A stretch of 64,000 nt of DNA, taken from assembly GCA_963825525.1 (NCBI GenBank), contig CAWGTN010000001.1:128001-192000 (forward strand). The letters run 5' to 3'. The stretch comes from an uncultured Chloroflexia bacterium (GTDB taxonomy: Bacteria; Chloroflexota; Limnocylindria; QHBO01). The notes under the pieces are model-generated. The model did not search any database. It was not told the origin of the DNA and saw only the letters and a list, made by a program, of their open reading frames with translations. Positions 24,493 through 38,999 of this stretch are shown piece by piece (within the stretch, counting starts at the first letter, position 1; every line of letters begins with the position of its first letter). The position numbers and the translations under genes were made by a program.

Positions 24493-24915
24493 ATGGCAAA
24501 GAAGATCAGGGCGATGCTCAAGGTGCAGGCGCCCGCCGGTGCCGCGACCGCGGCGCCACCCGTCGGGCCGGCCCTCGGCCAGCACGGCATCAACATCATG
24601 GAGTTCATCAAGGCCTTCAACGAGCGGACCGCCGATCAGCGCGGCTACGTCGTCCCGGCCGAGATCACGGTCTTCGAGGACCGCAGCTTCACGTTCGTCA
24701 CGAAGGCCCCGCTGGCGGCCGCACTCCTGAAGAAGGCGGCCGGCGTCGAATCGGGCAGCTCGGAGCCGAACAAGGAGAAGGTCGGACGCGTGACCCGCGC
24801 CCAGGTGCGCGAGATCGCCGAGATGAAGATGGCCGATCTCAACGCGAACGACGTCGAGCAGGCAATGAAGATCATCGAGGGCACCGCGCGCTCGATGGGC
24901 ATCGAGGTGGCCTGA
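24493..24915 (+). CDS. rplK: 50S ribosomal protein uL11
   Basis: [25 protein letters not shown]. Confidence 0.98.
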   Translation: MAKKIRAMLKVQAPAGAATAAPPVGPALGQHGINIMEFIKAFNERTADQRGYVVPAEITVFEDRSFTFVTKAPLAAALLKKAAGVESGSSEPNKEKVGRVTRAQVREIAEMKMADLNANDVEQAMKIIEGTARSMGIEVA

Positions 24916-24916
24916 C

Positions 24917-25624
24917 ATGGCGAAGCATTCGAAGAAGTACAACGAAGCGGCCAAGCTCGTCGAGCCTGAGCGTCGCTATGACATCGGCGAGGCGTGCGAG
25001 CTGCTGCCGAAGCTCTCGCTCAGCAAGTTCGACGGCACCGTGGAGATGCACCTGCGCCTTGGCGTCGACCCGCGCCACGCCGATCAGCTGGTCCGCGGCA
25101 CGGTGGTTCTGCCACACGGCACCGGAAAGACCTCGCGCGTCATCGTCTTCGCCCAGGGTGAGAAGGCCCAGGAGGCGCTTCGCGCCGGTGCCGATGACGT
25201 CGGCAGCGATGACCTCGTGAAGAAGATCGACGACGGCTGGTTCGAGTTCGACGTGGCGATCGCCACGCCCGACATGATGGGCACGGTCGGCCGCCTCGGG
25301 AAGAAGCTCGGGCCTCGCGGCCTGATGCCGAACCCGAAGTCGGGGACCGTCACCTTCGACATCGAGCGTGCGGTGAGCGAGATCAAGTCCGGACGCGTCG
25401 AGTTCAAGGTCGACCGCGCCGGCATCGTCCACGTCTCGGTCGGTCGCGCGAGCTTCAGTCCCGAGCACCTGTCGGCGAACGTTGCCGCCATCGTGGACGC
25501 CATCCAGCGTGCGAAGCCATCGGGCGCCAAGGGCACCTACATGCGGACGCTGACGCTGGCGCCGACCATGGGTCCCGGGGTGCACGTGGACATCCCATCG
25601 GCTCTGGCGGCTGCCAGCGCGTAG
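24917..25624 (+). CDS. rplA: 50S ribosomal protein uL1
   Basis: [27 protein letters not shown]. Confidence 0.98.
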   Translation: MAKHSKKYNEAAKLVEPERRYDIGEACELLPKLSLSKFDGTVEMHLRLGVDPRHADQLVRGTVVLPHGTGKTSRVIVFAQGEKAQEALRAGADDVGSDDLVKKIDDGWFEFDVAIATPDMMGTVGRLGKKLGPRGLMPNPKSGTVTFDIERAVSEIKSGRVEFKVDRAGIVHVSVGRASFSPEHLSANVAAIVDAIQRAKPSGAKGTYMRTLTLAPTMGPGVHVDIPSALAAASA

Positions 25625-25837
25625 GTGGCCGCGCGGCTGCGTGCTTCGATCAATCGAGGGAATGTCGCGTGAGGCTGCCGTCGGGTGTCGAATCCGCGAT
25701 TGATCGAGGGCGTTGACGCGTGAAGCGCGCGCGCGGGGGCGCCTCGTGCGTGGAGACACTCGATGTATCGGTGAATCGGCGCCGGAAAGCGCTCCCACGT
25801 GAACATCCCGCGATCTATCGAGTAGCCGACCGGCAAT

Positions 25838-25866
25838 GTGACACGCCACGGCGCATCGGCTAGGAT
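25838..25866 (+). promoter_or_regulatory. promoter for rplJL
   Basis: GTGACA-17 nt-TAGGAT. Confidence 0.6.
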
Positions 25867-25874
25867 GCGCACCT

Positions 25875-26030
25875 CAACCGAAGAGCCACAGACCGCGATG
25901 TGTGCCGGGTGCGATTCCCGGACCAATCGTCGGCGCTGACGACCTCAGACGCCGCGGCACGCGCAGGCACGAAGACGAATTGCTGATCGACGGCGGTTCT
26001 CGTGTCGCGTGCACGGGACCGCCGTTTTGC
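25875..26030 (+). promoter_or_regulatory. probable L10 leader with attenuator hairpin
   Basis: CCACAGAC...GCAGG core like L10 leaders, then hairpin ACGGCGGTTCTCGTG/CACGGGACCGCCGT plus TTT just before the rplJ RBS. Confidence 0.65.
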
Positions 26031-26058
26031 CTATCCAGGAGGAGACGAACACAGACCG

Positions 26059-26595
26059 ATGCCGACCGACATCAAGCGCCAGGCCGTCACCGAGCTTGCG
26101 GAGCTGATCCGCTCGAGCTCGGCCATGGCCGTGGCCGATTACCGGGGCCTCAAGGTCTCGGAGATGCAGTCGGTCCGGAGGACGCTCCGCGACAGCGGCG
26201 TCCAGCTGCACATCGCCAAGAACCGCCTGCTGAAGATCGCCGCCGACGAAGCGGATCGCTCGGAGCTCAAGCCGCTCCTCGAGGGTCCGACCGCGCTGGC
26301 TACGATCGACGGCGACGAGGCGGCCATGGCGAAGGCACTGGCCGATGCCTTCCGACCGTATTCGCGCACCGTCACCCTGCGGGGCGGGATGCTCGGCAGC
26401 AAGGCGATCGACGCCTCGCAGCTGACGCGCCTCGCCACGCTGCCGTCGCGCGAGATCCTGCTCGGCAAGATTGCCGGCGGGATGGCATCCCCGATGACCA
26501 GCATGGCCGGCGTGCTCGCCGCCAACATCCGCAACCTCGTGGGTGTCCTGAGCGCGGTGGCCGACAAGAAGCAAGCGAACGAGACTGCGGCCTGA
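26059..26595 (+). CDS. rplJ: 50S ribosomal protein uL10
   Basis: AGGAGGAG RBS; ADYRGLKV, AKNRLL, GPTA, LATLPSRE. Confidence 0.96.
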   Translation: MPTDIKRQAVTELAELIRSSSAMAVADYRGLKVSEMQSVRRTLRDSGVQLHIAKNRLLKIAADEADRSELKPLLEGPTALATIDGDEAAMAKALADAFRPYSRTVTLRGGMLGSKAIDASQLTRLATLPSREILLGKIAGGMASPMTSMAGVLAANIRNLVGVLSAVADKKQANETAA

Positions 26596-26631
26596 CGCCG
26601 CCTCGAGCCAAGAGCAGGAGAACCGATACCG

Positions 26632-27027
26632 ATGGCGACCAAGACCCTGGACAAGGACCAGATCCTCGAGGCGATCGACACGATGACCGTCCTCGAGCTG
26701 AGCGAGCTGGTCAAGGCATTTGAAGAGCGCTACGGCGTGACCGCGGCCGCACCCGCAGCAGCCGCAGCCGCACCGGCCGCCGGTGATGGCGCGGGAGCCG
26801 CTGCCGCCGAGGAGCAGACCGAGTTCGAGGCCCTGCTGACCGACGTCGGCGCCAACAAGATCCTTGTGATCAAGGCCGTCCGCGAGCTGACCGGCCTGGG
26901 CCTCAAGGAGGCCAAGGACCTCGTCGACGCAGCCCCCAAGGCCGTCAAGGAAGGCGTGACCAAGGAGGAGGCCGAGGCCGCCAAGGAGAAGCTGGCCGAG
27001 GCCGGCGCGACCGTCGAGGTCAAGTAG
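26632..27027 (+). CDS. rplL: 50S ribosomal protein bL12
   Basis: [27 protein letters not shown]. Confidence 0.98.
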   Translation: MATKTLDKDQILEAIDTMTVLELSELVKAFEERYGVTAAAPAAAAAAPAAGDGAGAAAAEEQTEFEALLTDVGANKILVIKAVRELTGLGLKEAKDLVDAAPKAVKEGVTKEEAEAAKEKLAEAGATVEVK

Positions 27028-27052
27028 CCAACTTCTCACCCACGTACGAACG

Positions 27053-27082
27053 AGCCGGCCCCACGATCGGGGCCGGCTGTTT
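27053..27082. terminator. terminator after rplL, probably bidirectional
   Basis: 10-bp stem AGCCGGCCCC/GGGGCCGGCT plus GTTT; convergent gene ends at 27109. Confidence 0.8.
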
Positions 27083-27108
27083 CGTGTCCGGGCGAAGAGC
27101 GGACGCGC

Positions 27109-28783
27109 TTAGGGCCGCTGCAGCGCGTCGAGCCGGATCGGGTGGTCGCAGGCACCGGGCCCAAGCGAGAGGACATCCTCCTGCCCGAACAGGCCACGGA
27201 CGCCGTCGATGGTCGTGCATCGGAAGAGCTGCCAGCTCATCGAGCCGCCGCGGTCGTGCGTGGCATCCACGTAGAGCTCGACGTTCTCCGGGCCGATGAC
27301 GCGCCAGATATCGAGCACCCGACCCCCTTCGACGGTGACGGAGAGCGAGACGAATTCGGCGGGCTCGCCGGCGTCGTATGCCGACCACAGGCATTCGCGC
27401 GCGCTGGCGTCGCGACGGTCCCCGTCCTCCAGTCGCATCACGACCTCCTGACCGCATGACGGAAGCGGCGCACGGTTCACCACCTCGGCCGGAGGCGGGC
27501 TGATGTGGATCCTTTGGACGACCTGATCCAGCACGGCGCGATGGAGCTGGTAGTCGCTCGCCGGCTCGTTCTCGGTGGAGGTGACGCGCAGGACGAGATT
27601 CGGGCCGAACTCCGGGATCTCACCGAGCGACACGATGACCTCGTAGCTGCGGACGGCGGTGGTGACGGCGCCTATCTCGCGCGATCCCAGCTCCCACCGC
27701 ACCGCCGGCCATCCGTCGACCACCAGCGTCTCGTAGCCCAGGATGTCGCCGGTGGTCGTCCCGTAGTCGCCGGAGAACTGCTGGATCGTGATCGCGACTC
27801 CGTCCGGAACCTGCAACGGGTCGTCGGGGATATCGAACGATGTCGGGGCGAGGTAGACGCAACCGGGAATGTCGCTCGATCGGCGTGTTGGTCCACCACG
27901 ACTCGGGGAACGCGGTTGCAAACCCCAGCTCGACGTTGAGGCAGCCGTCCACGTTCGGCTCCTCGTACAGCGTCGCTGCCGCGGCCACGGCCTCCGCCGG
28001 CAACGTGAGCGGTTCGCGAACGGCCAGCCGATCGACAACGGCGCGCGCGGCCGTCACGGCATCGGCGTCGCCCCCGGGCGCCTCGATGTGGAGGTATGCC
28101 GGCGCTCCGTCGAGGGTCGCGATGAGCGGCACGACGGCGACCTCGTATGCCTCGTCAGCCCGATTCACCACGTGCCACGTGGCAAGGCGATCGGGTGTCT
28201 CGGTGGCAACGCCGGTCTCACTCGACACGATGTCGCCGCTCGGCACGGACTCGGCGCGGACCAGGAGTGCGACGCGCGGCTCTGGCTCATCGAGTGCGGG
28301 GTCGACCGGTGCGTCGAACAGGCGGCGGCACCCGGTGCTCTCCCGGACACGTTCCGCGAACCACCCGTCCGGGACCATGAATGAGAAGCCCGCGGTACCG
28401 TCGCCACACGTCGAGCCTCCGCCGACCAGCGATGCGGCGAGCGGCGCGACGCTGGGTGCTGGCGACGACGAGGGCGCGACGGTCGCTGTCGGCTCAGCCA
28501 CAGCGCTGCTCGAAGGGGAGGCTGCGCTGGATGGCGGCAAGGGACCCGTGCTGGGATCGGACCCCGATGGAGGTCCAATCTGCGCCAGCCCGATCCCGAC
28601 GCCGACCGCCACCATGATGACGGCGGCCGCCGCGAGCCAAGGTGCAGCGGTACGCCAGCGTGGCTCACGGAGCTCAGGGGCTTCGAGCACCCCGGGCGGC
28701 AGCGCCTCATCGGCGAATGTGGCGGCGGCAGCTCGCAGTCGGGCGTCGAACTGCTCCTCGTCGCGGCGGTCTCGATCGGTCAT
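27109..28783 (-). CDS. putative anti-sigma factor with large extracytoplasmic region (+1 frameshift ~27874)
   Basis: 4-nt overlap with the ECF gene; short cytoplasmic N-terminus, one TM helix, S/P linker, repeated Cys-containing domains; the two ORF-track pieces join when one base is removed. Confidence 0.7.
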
Positions 28784-29301
28784 CGCTCGGTTTCCTCGAG
28801 CTGCCTGGCGAGCCGGCGCCGGGCGCGAAACAGGATGGATCGTGCGTTCGCCGGCGAGGTGCCCACCAGCTCTGCGACCTCACCGGTTCGGTATCCGTGG
28901 CCGTAGTGCAGCACGATGACGGTTCGTTCACGTGGCGGAAGCCGTTCGATCAGCTCCCGCAGGCCGGGATCGCGGTCGGCGGCGGGCGGTCGACTGGCGG
29001 CAAGGCGGGGGAGCCTCTCGCTTGCGCGCCGGCGGGATCGGTGCCGGTTGTAGCAGAGATTGACGGCGGCGCGGGCCACCCAGGCCTCGAATCGATTGAC
29101 GTCCCTGAGCTGTGCCACTCGGTTGCGCGTCAGGAGGTAGGCGTCGTGAAGCACGTCCTCGGCGTGATCGGGCCCGACCAGGCCGGTGCAGATGCGCAGC
29201 AGGCGTTCGCGCATCTCGCCGAAGCGCTGGTCAAAGTGCGCCAGGTCCATGGGGGGCGAGATGGGCGAGCCCTCCGTTGCAACTCCAGGCAGGCTGATCA
29301 C
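28780..29301 (-). CDS. ECF-type RNA polymerase sigma factor
   Basis: Region 2 DHAEDVLHDAY..FEAWVARAAVN; region 4 LPPRERTVIVLHY..EVAELVG..RSILFRAR; start GTG 29301 or ATG 29250. Confidence 0.9.
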   Translation of the reverse strand: MISLPGVATEGSPISPPMDLAHFDQRFGEMRERLLRICTGLVGPDHAEDVLHDAYLLTRNRVAQLRDVNRFEAWVARAAVNLCYNRHRSRRRASERLPRLAASRPPAADRDPGLRELIERLPPRERTVIVLHYGHGYRTGEVAELVGTSPANARSILFRARRRLARQLEETER

Positions 29302-29312
29302 GGTACCGCCAT

Positions 29313-29339
29313 GACACCGCAACGCTCAACCATGTTGCA
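29313..29339 (-). promoter_or_regulatory. ECF-type autoregulatory promoter candidate
   Basis: TGCAAC-16 nt-GTGTC on the minus strand, 11 nt before GTG 29301. Confidence 0.55.
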
Positions 29340-29376
29340 CGCACAGGCTGAGCCACTGCGCCCTGAACCGCTTCAG

Positions 29377-29404
29377 TTGACGAAGCGGTCGGCGGTGCTA
29401 TACT
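29377..29404 (+). promoter_or_regulatory. promoter for rpoBC
   Basis: TTGACG-16 nt-TATACT with extended -10 TG. Confidence 0.75.
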
Positions 29405-29454
29405 CCTCGTTCGCGTGTCCGCGCCCCACCATGCCCTCTTCGAGGAGTCCCTGA

Positions 29455-32400
29455 ATGGCTTTGGCCGAGTCGACCGGCCGTTTTGAGCTGGCCCCGACCC
29501 GTGAGAATTTCTCGCACATCCCCGAGGTTCTCCCGCTTCCGAACCTGATCCGAACGCAAACCGAATCATTCGAGTGGTTCGTCTCCACCGGCCTCCGTGA
29601 GCTGTTGGACGAGATCACTCCGATCACAGACTTTACCGGCAAGAATCTTGAGCTGCACTTCCGCGAGTTCTACTTCGAAGAGCCGAAGTTCAACGAGGAA
29701 GACTGCCGCACCCGCGATCTCACCTTTGCGAAGCCGCTGAAGGTGGAGGTTGATCTCGTCATCAAGGAGACCGACGAGGTCAAGCACCAGACCGTGTTCA
29801 TGGGCGACTTCCCGTGGATGACGGAGCAGGGCACCTTCATCATCAATGGTGCCGAGCGCGTCGTCGTGTCGCAGCTCGTTCGATCGCCGGGCGTCTACTA
29901 CACCGCCACCGAGGACCCGGCCACCGGCCGGATGCTTCACGCTGCCAAGGTCATCCCGAACCGCGGGGCCTGGCTCGAGTTCGAGACCAGCAACAAGGAC
30001 CTGCTCAGCGTCAAGGTCGACCGCAAGCGCAAGATCCCGGTCACCACGCTCCTGCGTGCCGTCGGGCTCGAGACGAGCGAGATCGAGAAGATCTTCGGCC
30101 CGGCCGATGACAATCCCGAGCACCCGTACATCGCGCTGACGCTGGAGAAGGATCCGGCCGAGACGCAGGACGAGGCGCTCATCGAGGTCTACAAGAAGCT
30201 GCGCCCCGGCGATCCGCCCACGGTCGACAACGCCCGTGCGCTCGTCACCAGCCTCTTCTTCAACTTCCGTCGCTACGACCTCGGTCGCGTCGGCCGGTAC
30301 AAGCTCAACAAGGCGCTCGGCGACGCCGCGCGCAAGCTGAAGTTCGACCTGCCGTCCGAGGACACCGCGAACCCGCGCGCCAGCCGCGTGATCAGCCGCG
30401 ACGACATCGTGGCCATCATCGGCAAGCTCATCGAGCTGAACAACGGCCGCGGCGACCCGGACGACATCGACCATCTCGGCAACCGGCGCATCCGCGCCAA
30501 CGGCGAGCTCATCCAGAACCAGTTCCGCATCGGCCTGCTCCGCATGGAGCGCGTCGTCAAGGAGCGGATGACGATCACCGACTCCGACCAGGCAACGCCG
30601 AACACCCTCATCAACATCCGCCCCGTGGTGGCGGCCATGAAGGAGTTCTTCGGCGGCAGCCAGCTGAGCCAGTTCATGGATCAGACGAACCCGTTGGCCG
30701 AGCTGACGAACAAGCGGCGCCTGTCCGCGCTGGGCCCGGGTGGCCTGTCGCGCGAGCGGGCCGGCTTCGACGTCCGTGACGTGCATCCGTCCCACTACGG
30801 CCGGATGTGCCCGATCGAGACGCCGGAGGGGCCGAACATCGGCCTCATCGGCTCACTGGCGACCTACGGCAAGATCAACAAGTTCGGCTTCATCGAGACG
30901 CCGTACCGCAAGGTGCGCCGATACGTCGGGAGCAAGGACAAGCAGGCCGATGTCCTGGGCCAGGTGCTGGCCGAGGACCTCTCCCTGACCGACGGCGGCA
31001 AGGTCGTCGCCAAGTCGGGCACCGTCATCGACGACAAGGTCTGGGGCCAGATCAAGGACAGCAAGATCGCCCAGGTCATGATCCGGCCGATCGTCACCGA
31101 CGAGATCATCTATCTCGATGCGTCCGAGGAGGAGAAGTTCCACATCGCGCAGGCCAACGCGGCACTCGATGACGATGGACGCTTCACCGAGAGTCGGGTG
31201 CTCGTCCGCTGGAAGGACAAGTTCCTCGAGGAGTCGGTCGACGTGATCGACTACATGGACGTCAGCCCGAAGCAGATCGTGAGCGTGGCAACCGCCATGA
31301 TCCCGTTCCTCGAGCATGACGACGCCAACCGTGCCCTGATGGGCTCGAACATGATGCGGCAGTCGGTGCCCCTCCTCCAGCCGGAGTCCCCGGTCGTGGG
31401 AACGGGCGTCGAGTACCGCGCCGCGTTCGACTCGCAGGGAGTCGTCGTCGCCAAGCACGGCGGGACGGTCGTCAGCGTGACCGCCGACCACATCGTGCTG
31501 GAGCGCGACGAGGGCGACGAGCGCGACGTCTACCAGCTGAAGAAGTTCCTGCGCAGCAACCAGGGCACCTGCATCAACCAGCGACCGGTCGTCGATGTCG
31601 GCGACCGCGTGGCGGCCGATCAGCTCCTGGCCGACGGCAGCAGCACCGACGGCGGCGAGATGGCGCTCGGACAGAACATCCTGGTGGCCTTCCTCCCGTG
31701 GGAGGGTGGCAACTACGAGGACGCCATCGTGCTGAGCGAGCGCCTCGTCAAGGACGACCTGTTCACCAGCATCCACATCGAGAAGCACGAGATCGAGGCC
31801 CGCGACACGAAGCTGGGTCCCGAGGAGATCACCCGCGACATCCCGAACGTCGGCGAGGAGAGCCTGCGCAACCTCGACGAGGACGGGATCATCTACGAGG
31901 GTGCCGAGGTCAAGCCGGGAGACATCCTGGTCGGCAAGATCACGCCGAAGGGCGAGACCGAGCTGACGGCCGAGGAGCGCCTCCTGCGCGCCATCTTCGG
32001 TGAGAAGGCCCGCGAGGTCCGTGACTCCAGCCTGCGCCTGCCGCACGGCGAGCGGGGGATCGTGGTCGACGTCCGGCAGTTCAGCCGCGACAACGGCGAC
32101 GAGCTCCTTCCCGGCGTGAATCGCCTGGTGCGGGTCAGCGTGGCCCAGAAGCGCAAGATCAGCGTCGGCGACAAGATGGCCGGACGGCATGGCAACAAGG
32201 GCGTGATCGCCAAGATCCTGCCCGTGGAGGACATGCCGTTCATGCCGGACGGTACGCCGGTCGACATCGTCCTCAACCCGCTCGGCGTCCCGAGCCGCAT
32301 GAACATCGGCCAGATTCTCGAGACGCATCTCGGCTGGGCGATGCAGACCCTTGGCCTCAAGGCGGCCACGCCGGTCTTCGACGGCGCAACCGAGGAGCAC

Positions 32401-32934
32401 ATCCGCGGTGCGCTCAAGCGAGCCGGCCTGGCCGAGGACGGAAAGACCGTCCTGTACGACGGCCGCAGCGGCGAGCAGTTCGACCATCGCGTGACGGTCG
32501 GCTACATCTACATGCTCAAGCTCCACCACCTGGTGGAGGACAAGATCCACGCGCGGTCCACCGGACCCTACAGCCTCATCACGCAGCAGCCGCTGGGTGG
32601 CAAGGCACAGTTCGGTGGTCAGCGCTTCGGCGAGATGGAGGTATGGGCGCTCGAGGCGTACGGCGCCGCGAACATCCTCCAGGAGCTCCTCACCGTGAAA
32701 TCGGACGACGTCATGGGTCGCGTTCAGACCTACGAGGCGATCGTCAAGGGCGAGGAGATCCAGCCACCGGGCGTGCCCGAGTCGTTCAAGGTGCTCATCA
32801 AGGAGCTCCAGGCGCTCGGTCTCTCGGTGGAGATCCTGAACGAAAACGAAGAGGAGATCCGCTTCATCGAGGACACCGGCAGCTATCCGCTTCCGGACCT
32901 CGGCGGGATCAACCTCCAGGGCTTTGAGGAATAG
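29455..32934 (+). CDS. rpoB: RNA polymerase beta subunit
   Basis: [44 protein letters not shown]. Confidence 0.99.
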   Translation: MALAESTGRFELAPTRENFSHIPEVLPLPNLIRTQTESFEWFVSTGLRELLDEITPITDFTGKNLELHFREFYFEEPKFNEEDCRTRDLTFAKPLKVEVDLVIKETDEVKHQTVFMGDFPWMTEQGTFIINGAERVVVSQLVRSPGVYYTATEDPATGRMLHAAKVIPNRGAWLEFETSNKDLLSVKVDRKRKIPVTTLLRAVGLETSEIEKIFGPADDNPEHPYIALTLEKDPAETQDEALIEVYKKLRPGDPPTVDNARALVTSLFFNFRRYDLGRVGRYKLNKALGDAARKLKFDLPSEDTANPRASRVISRDDIVAIIGKLIELNNGRGDPDDIDHLGNRRIRANGELIQNQFRIGLLRMERVVKERMTITDSDQATPNTLINIRPVVAAMKEFFGGSQLSQFMDQTNPLAELTNKRRLSALGPGGLSRERAGFDVRDVHPSHYGRMCPIETPEGPNIGLIGSLATYGKINKFGFIETPYRKVRRYVGSKDKQADVLGQVLAEDLSLTDGGKVVAKSGTVIDDKVWGQIKDSKIAQVMIRPIVTDEIIYLDASEEEKFHIAQANAALDDDGRFTESRVLVRWKDKFLEESVDVIDYMDVSPKQIVSVATAMIPFLEHDDANRALMGSNMMRQSVPLLQPESPVVGTGVEYRAAFDSQGVVVAKHGGTVVSVTADHIVLERDEGDERDVYQLKKFLRSNQGTCINQRPVVDVGDRVAADQLLADGSSTDGGEMALGQNILVAFLPWEGGNYEDAIVLSERLVKDDLFTSIHIEKHEIEARDTKLGPEEITRDIPNVGEESLRNLDEDGIIYEGAEVKPGDILVGKITPKGETELTAEERLLRAIFGEKAREVRDSSLRLPHGERGIVVDVRQFSRDNGDELLPGVNRLVRVSVAQKRKISVGDKMAGRHGNKGVIAKILPVEDMPFMPDGTPVDIVLNPLGVPSRMNIGQILETHLGWAMQTLGLKAATPVFDGATEEHIRGALKRAGLAEDGKTVLYDGRSGEQFDHRVTVGYIYMLKLHHLVEDKIHARSTGPYSLITQQPLGGKAQFGGQRFGEMEVWALEAYGAANILQELLTVKSDDVMGRVQTYEAIVKGEEIQPPGVPESFKVLIKELQALGLSVEILNENEEEIRFIEDTGSYPLPDLGGINLQGFEE

Positions 32935-33065
32935 CTCGAACACCGCGGCGCCGGGGACGGCGCCGCGCGTGTCCCACCATCGGTCCATCCTGAGCCGGGG
33001 TCTGGTCCACCCTGGCAACGAGCGCAGCAGCGACGTGGAGTCGCCGCAGGAGTCCGAAGCCGCTC

Positions 33066-37511
<4,446 letters not shown>

Positions 37512-37537
37512 CCGATCGCCCGATCCACCGAACCGTC

Positions 37538-37567
37538 AGAGGGGCGGCCATCGCGGCCGCCTCTCTT
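37538..37567 (+). terminator. terminator after rpoC
   Basis: 12-bp stem AGAGGGGCGGCC/GGCCGCCTCTCT. Confidence 0.65.
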
Positions 37568-37872
37568 GGCGTCCGGTAACCCGTGGCGCCCCGGCTCAGC
37601 GGCTGGTGCTCCGCGCCGGCTTTTCGGCGGGCGCTTCCTGCCAACTGCCGTCCTGGTTCGCATTAGCCGGCCGGGACACCGAGAACTGGAGGGCAGTGAG
37701 CGTGAGCCGACCGCACCGGGCCGCTCCCATCCGCTAACGCCGTCCTGGTTTGCGTATGACCGGACGAGGCACCTCGACGTGACAAGCGCATCCCCTCGGG
37801 ACGCATGACACAACGAGGCCGCAGGCCGATCCGCACAACGGCCAATGAGAGTCGGTACACGACCCCCCTCAA

Positions 37873-37902
37873 TTGACACTCCATGGCGCCATTCCGTATA
37901 CT
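37873..37902 (+). promoter_or_regulatory. promoter for the str/S10/spc cluster
   Basis: TTGACA-18 nt-TATACT. Confidence 0.8.
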
Positions 37903-38099
37903 CCGCCTTCGGTGTCCCGCCTGCGGGACGCCTTCGTGTGTGCCCGACTGCGAGCCGGACGAACAGCCGGACGAAGAGTCGGATCGGGCACCGTCGACGC
38001 ACCCGAGAATCGGCTGTCGAATCGGATCGCCGTGGGTCGCTTCGGCCAGCACGAATTGCAGACTTTGTTTCATTTGCGAGTACGAACGCGAGGTTCTCG

Positions 38100-38519
38100 T
38101 TGCCAACCATCAGCCAGCTGGTCCGCAAGGGTCGCAAGCCTTCGGTCAAGAAGGTCAAGGCTCCGGCGCTGCGCCGCACGCTGAACACCCTCAAGCAGAC
38201 CACGTCTGAGGGCCGAGGTGCGCCGCAGCGGCGCGGCGTCTGCCTGCAGGTCATGACGCGCACCCCGAAGAAGCCGAACTCGGCGCTTCGGAAGGTCGCG
38301 CGCGTGCGGCTGACCAACGGGATGGAGGTCACGGCCTACATCCCCGGGATCGGGCACAACCTCCAGGAGCACTCGATGGTCCTCGTCCGCGGCGGCCGCG
38401 TGAAGGACCTCCCGGCGGTGAAGTACCACATCATCCGCGGCACCCTGGACGCGGCCGGCGTCCGCGACCGACGCCAGAGCCGCAGCAAGTACGGCGCGAA
38501 GTCGCCCGGGAAGTCCTAG
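38100..38519 (+). CDS. rpsL: 30S ribosomal protein uS12
   Basis: TTG start; [29 protein letters not shown]. Confidence 0.98.
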   Translation: MPTISQLVRKGRKPSVKKVKAPALRRTLNTLKQTTSEGRGAPQRRGVCLQVMTRTPKKPNSALRKVARVRLTNGMEVTAYIPGIGHNLQEHSMVLVRGGRVKDLPAVKYHIIRGTLDAAGVRDRRQSRSKYGAKSPGKS

Positions 38520-38521
38520 CC

Positions 38522-38995
38522 ATGCCCCGTCGTCCCACCATCGCGCGCAAGACCAAGTACCAGGAGCAGCTCACCGGCACCGCCCTGACGCTCAACCAGT
38601 TCACGCACAAGCTCATGTACGGTGGCAAGCGCCATCTGGCCCGTCGCATCCTCGAGGATGCGCTCTCGCGCTGCGAGGCACAGGCGGGTCGAGCCGGCGT
38701 CGAGGTGCTCGAGCAGGCGCTTCGCAACGCCATGCCGCTCCTCGAGGTCAAGCCGAAGCGCGTGGGTGGTTCCACCTATCAGATCCCCGTCGAGGTTCGC
38801 GCTGATCGGCGCGTCAGCCTCGGCATGCGCTGGCTCATCGAGTCCGCCCGCAAGCGCAACGGCCGCAGCATGTCCGAGAAGCTCGCCGGCGAGCTCATGG
38901 ATGCCAGCAACGGCATCGGTGCCGCCGTCAAGCGCCGCGAGGACACCCACAGGATGGCGGAGGCCAACCGCGCCTTCAGCCACTTCAAGTGGTAG
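38522..38995 (+). CDS. rpsG: 30S ribosomal protein uS7
   Basis: [26 protein letters not shown]. Confidence 0.98.
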   Translation: MPRRPTIARKTKYQEQLTGTALTLNQFTHKLMYGGKRHLARRILEDALSRCEAQAGRAGVEVLEQALRNAMPLLEVKPKRVGGSTYQIPVEVRADRRVSLGMRWLIESARKRNGRSMSEKLAGELMDASNGIGAAVKRREDTHRMAEANRAFSHFKW

Positions 38996-38999
38996 GCCG

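Noticed and set aside
32944-32967. Hairpin CGCGGCGCC/GGCGCCGCG between rpoB and rpoC
   Set aside because: No U tail or other distinctive feature; such stems are common at this GC content.
38400-38430. uS12 DLPAVKY instead of DLPGV(R/K)Y in a streptomycin-related loop
   Set aside because: CCGGCGGTG vs CCGGGCGTG differs by one displaced G, which is compatible with a read error.
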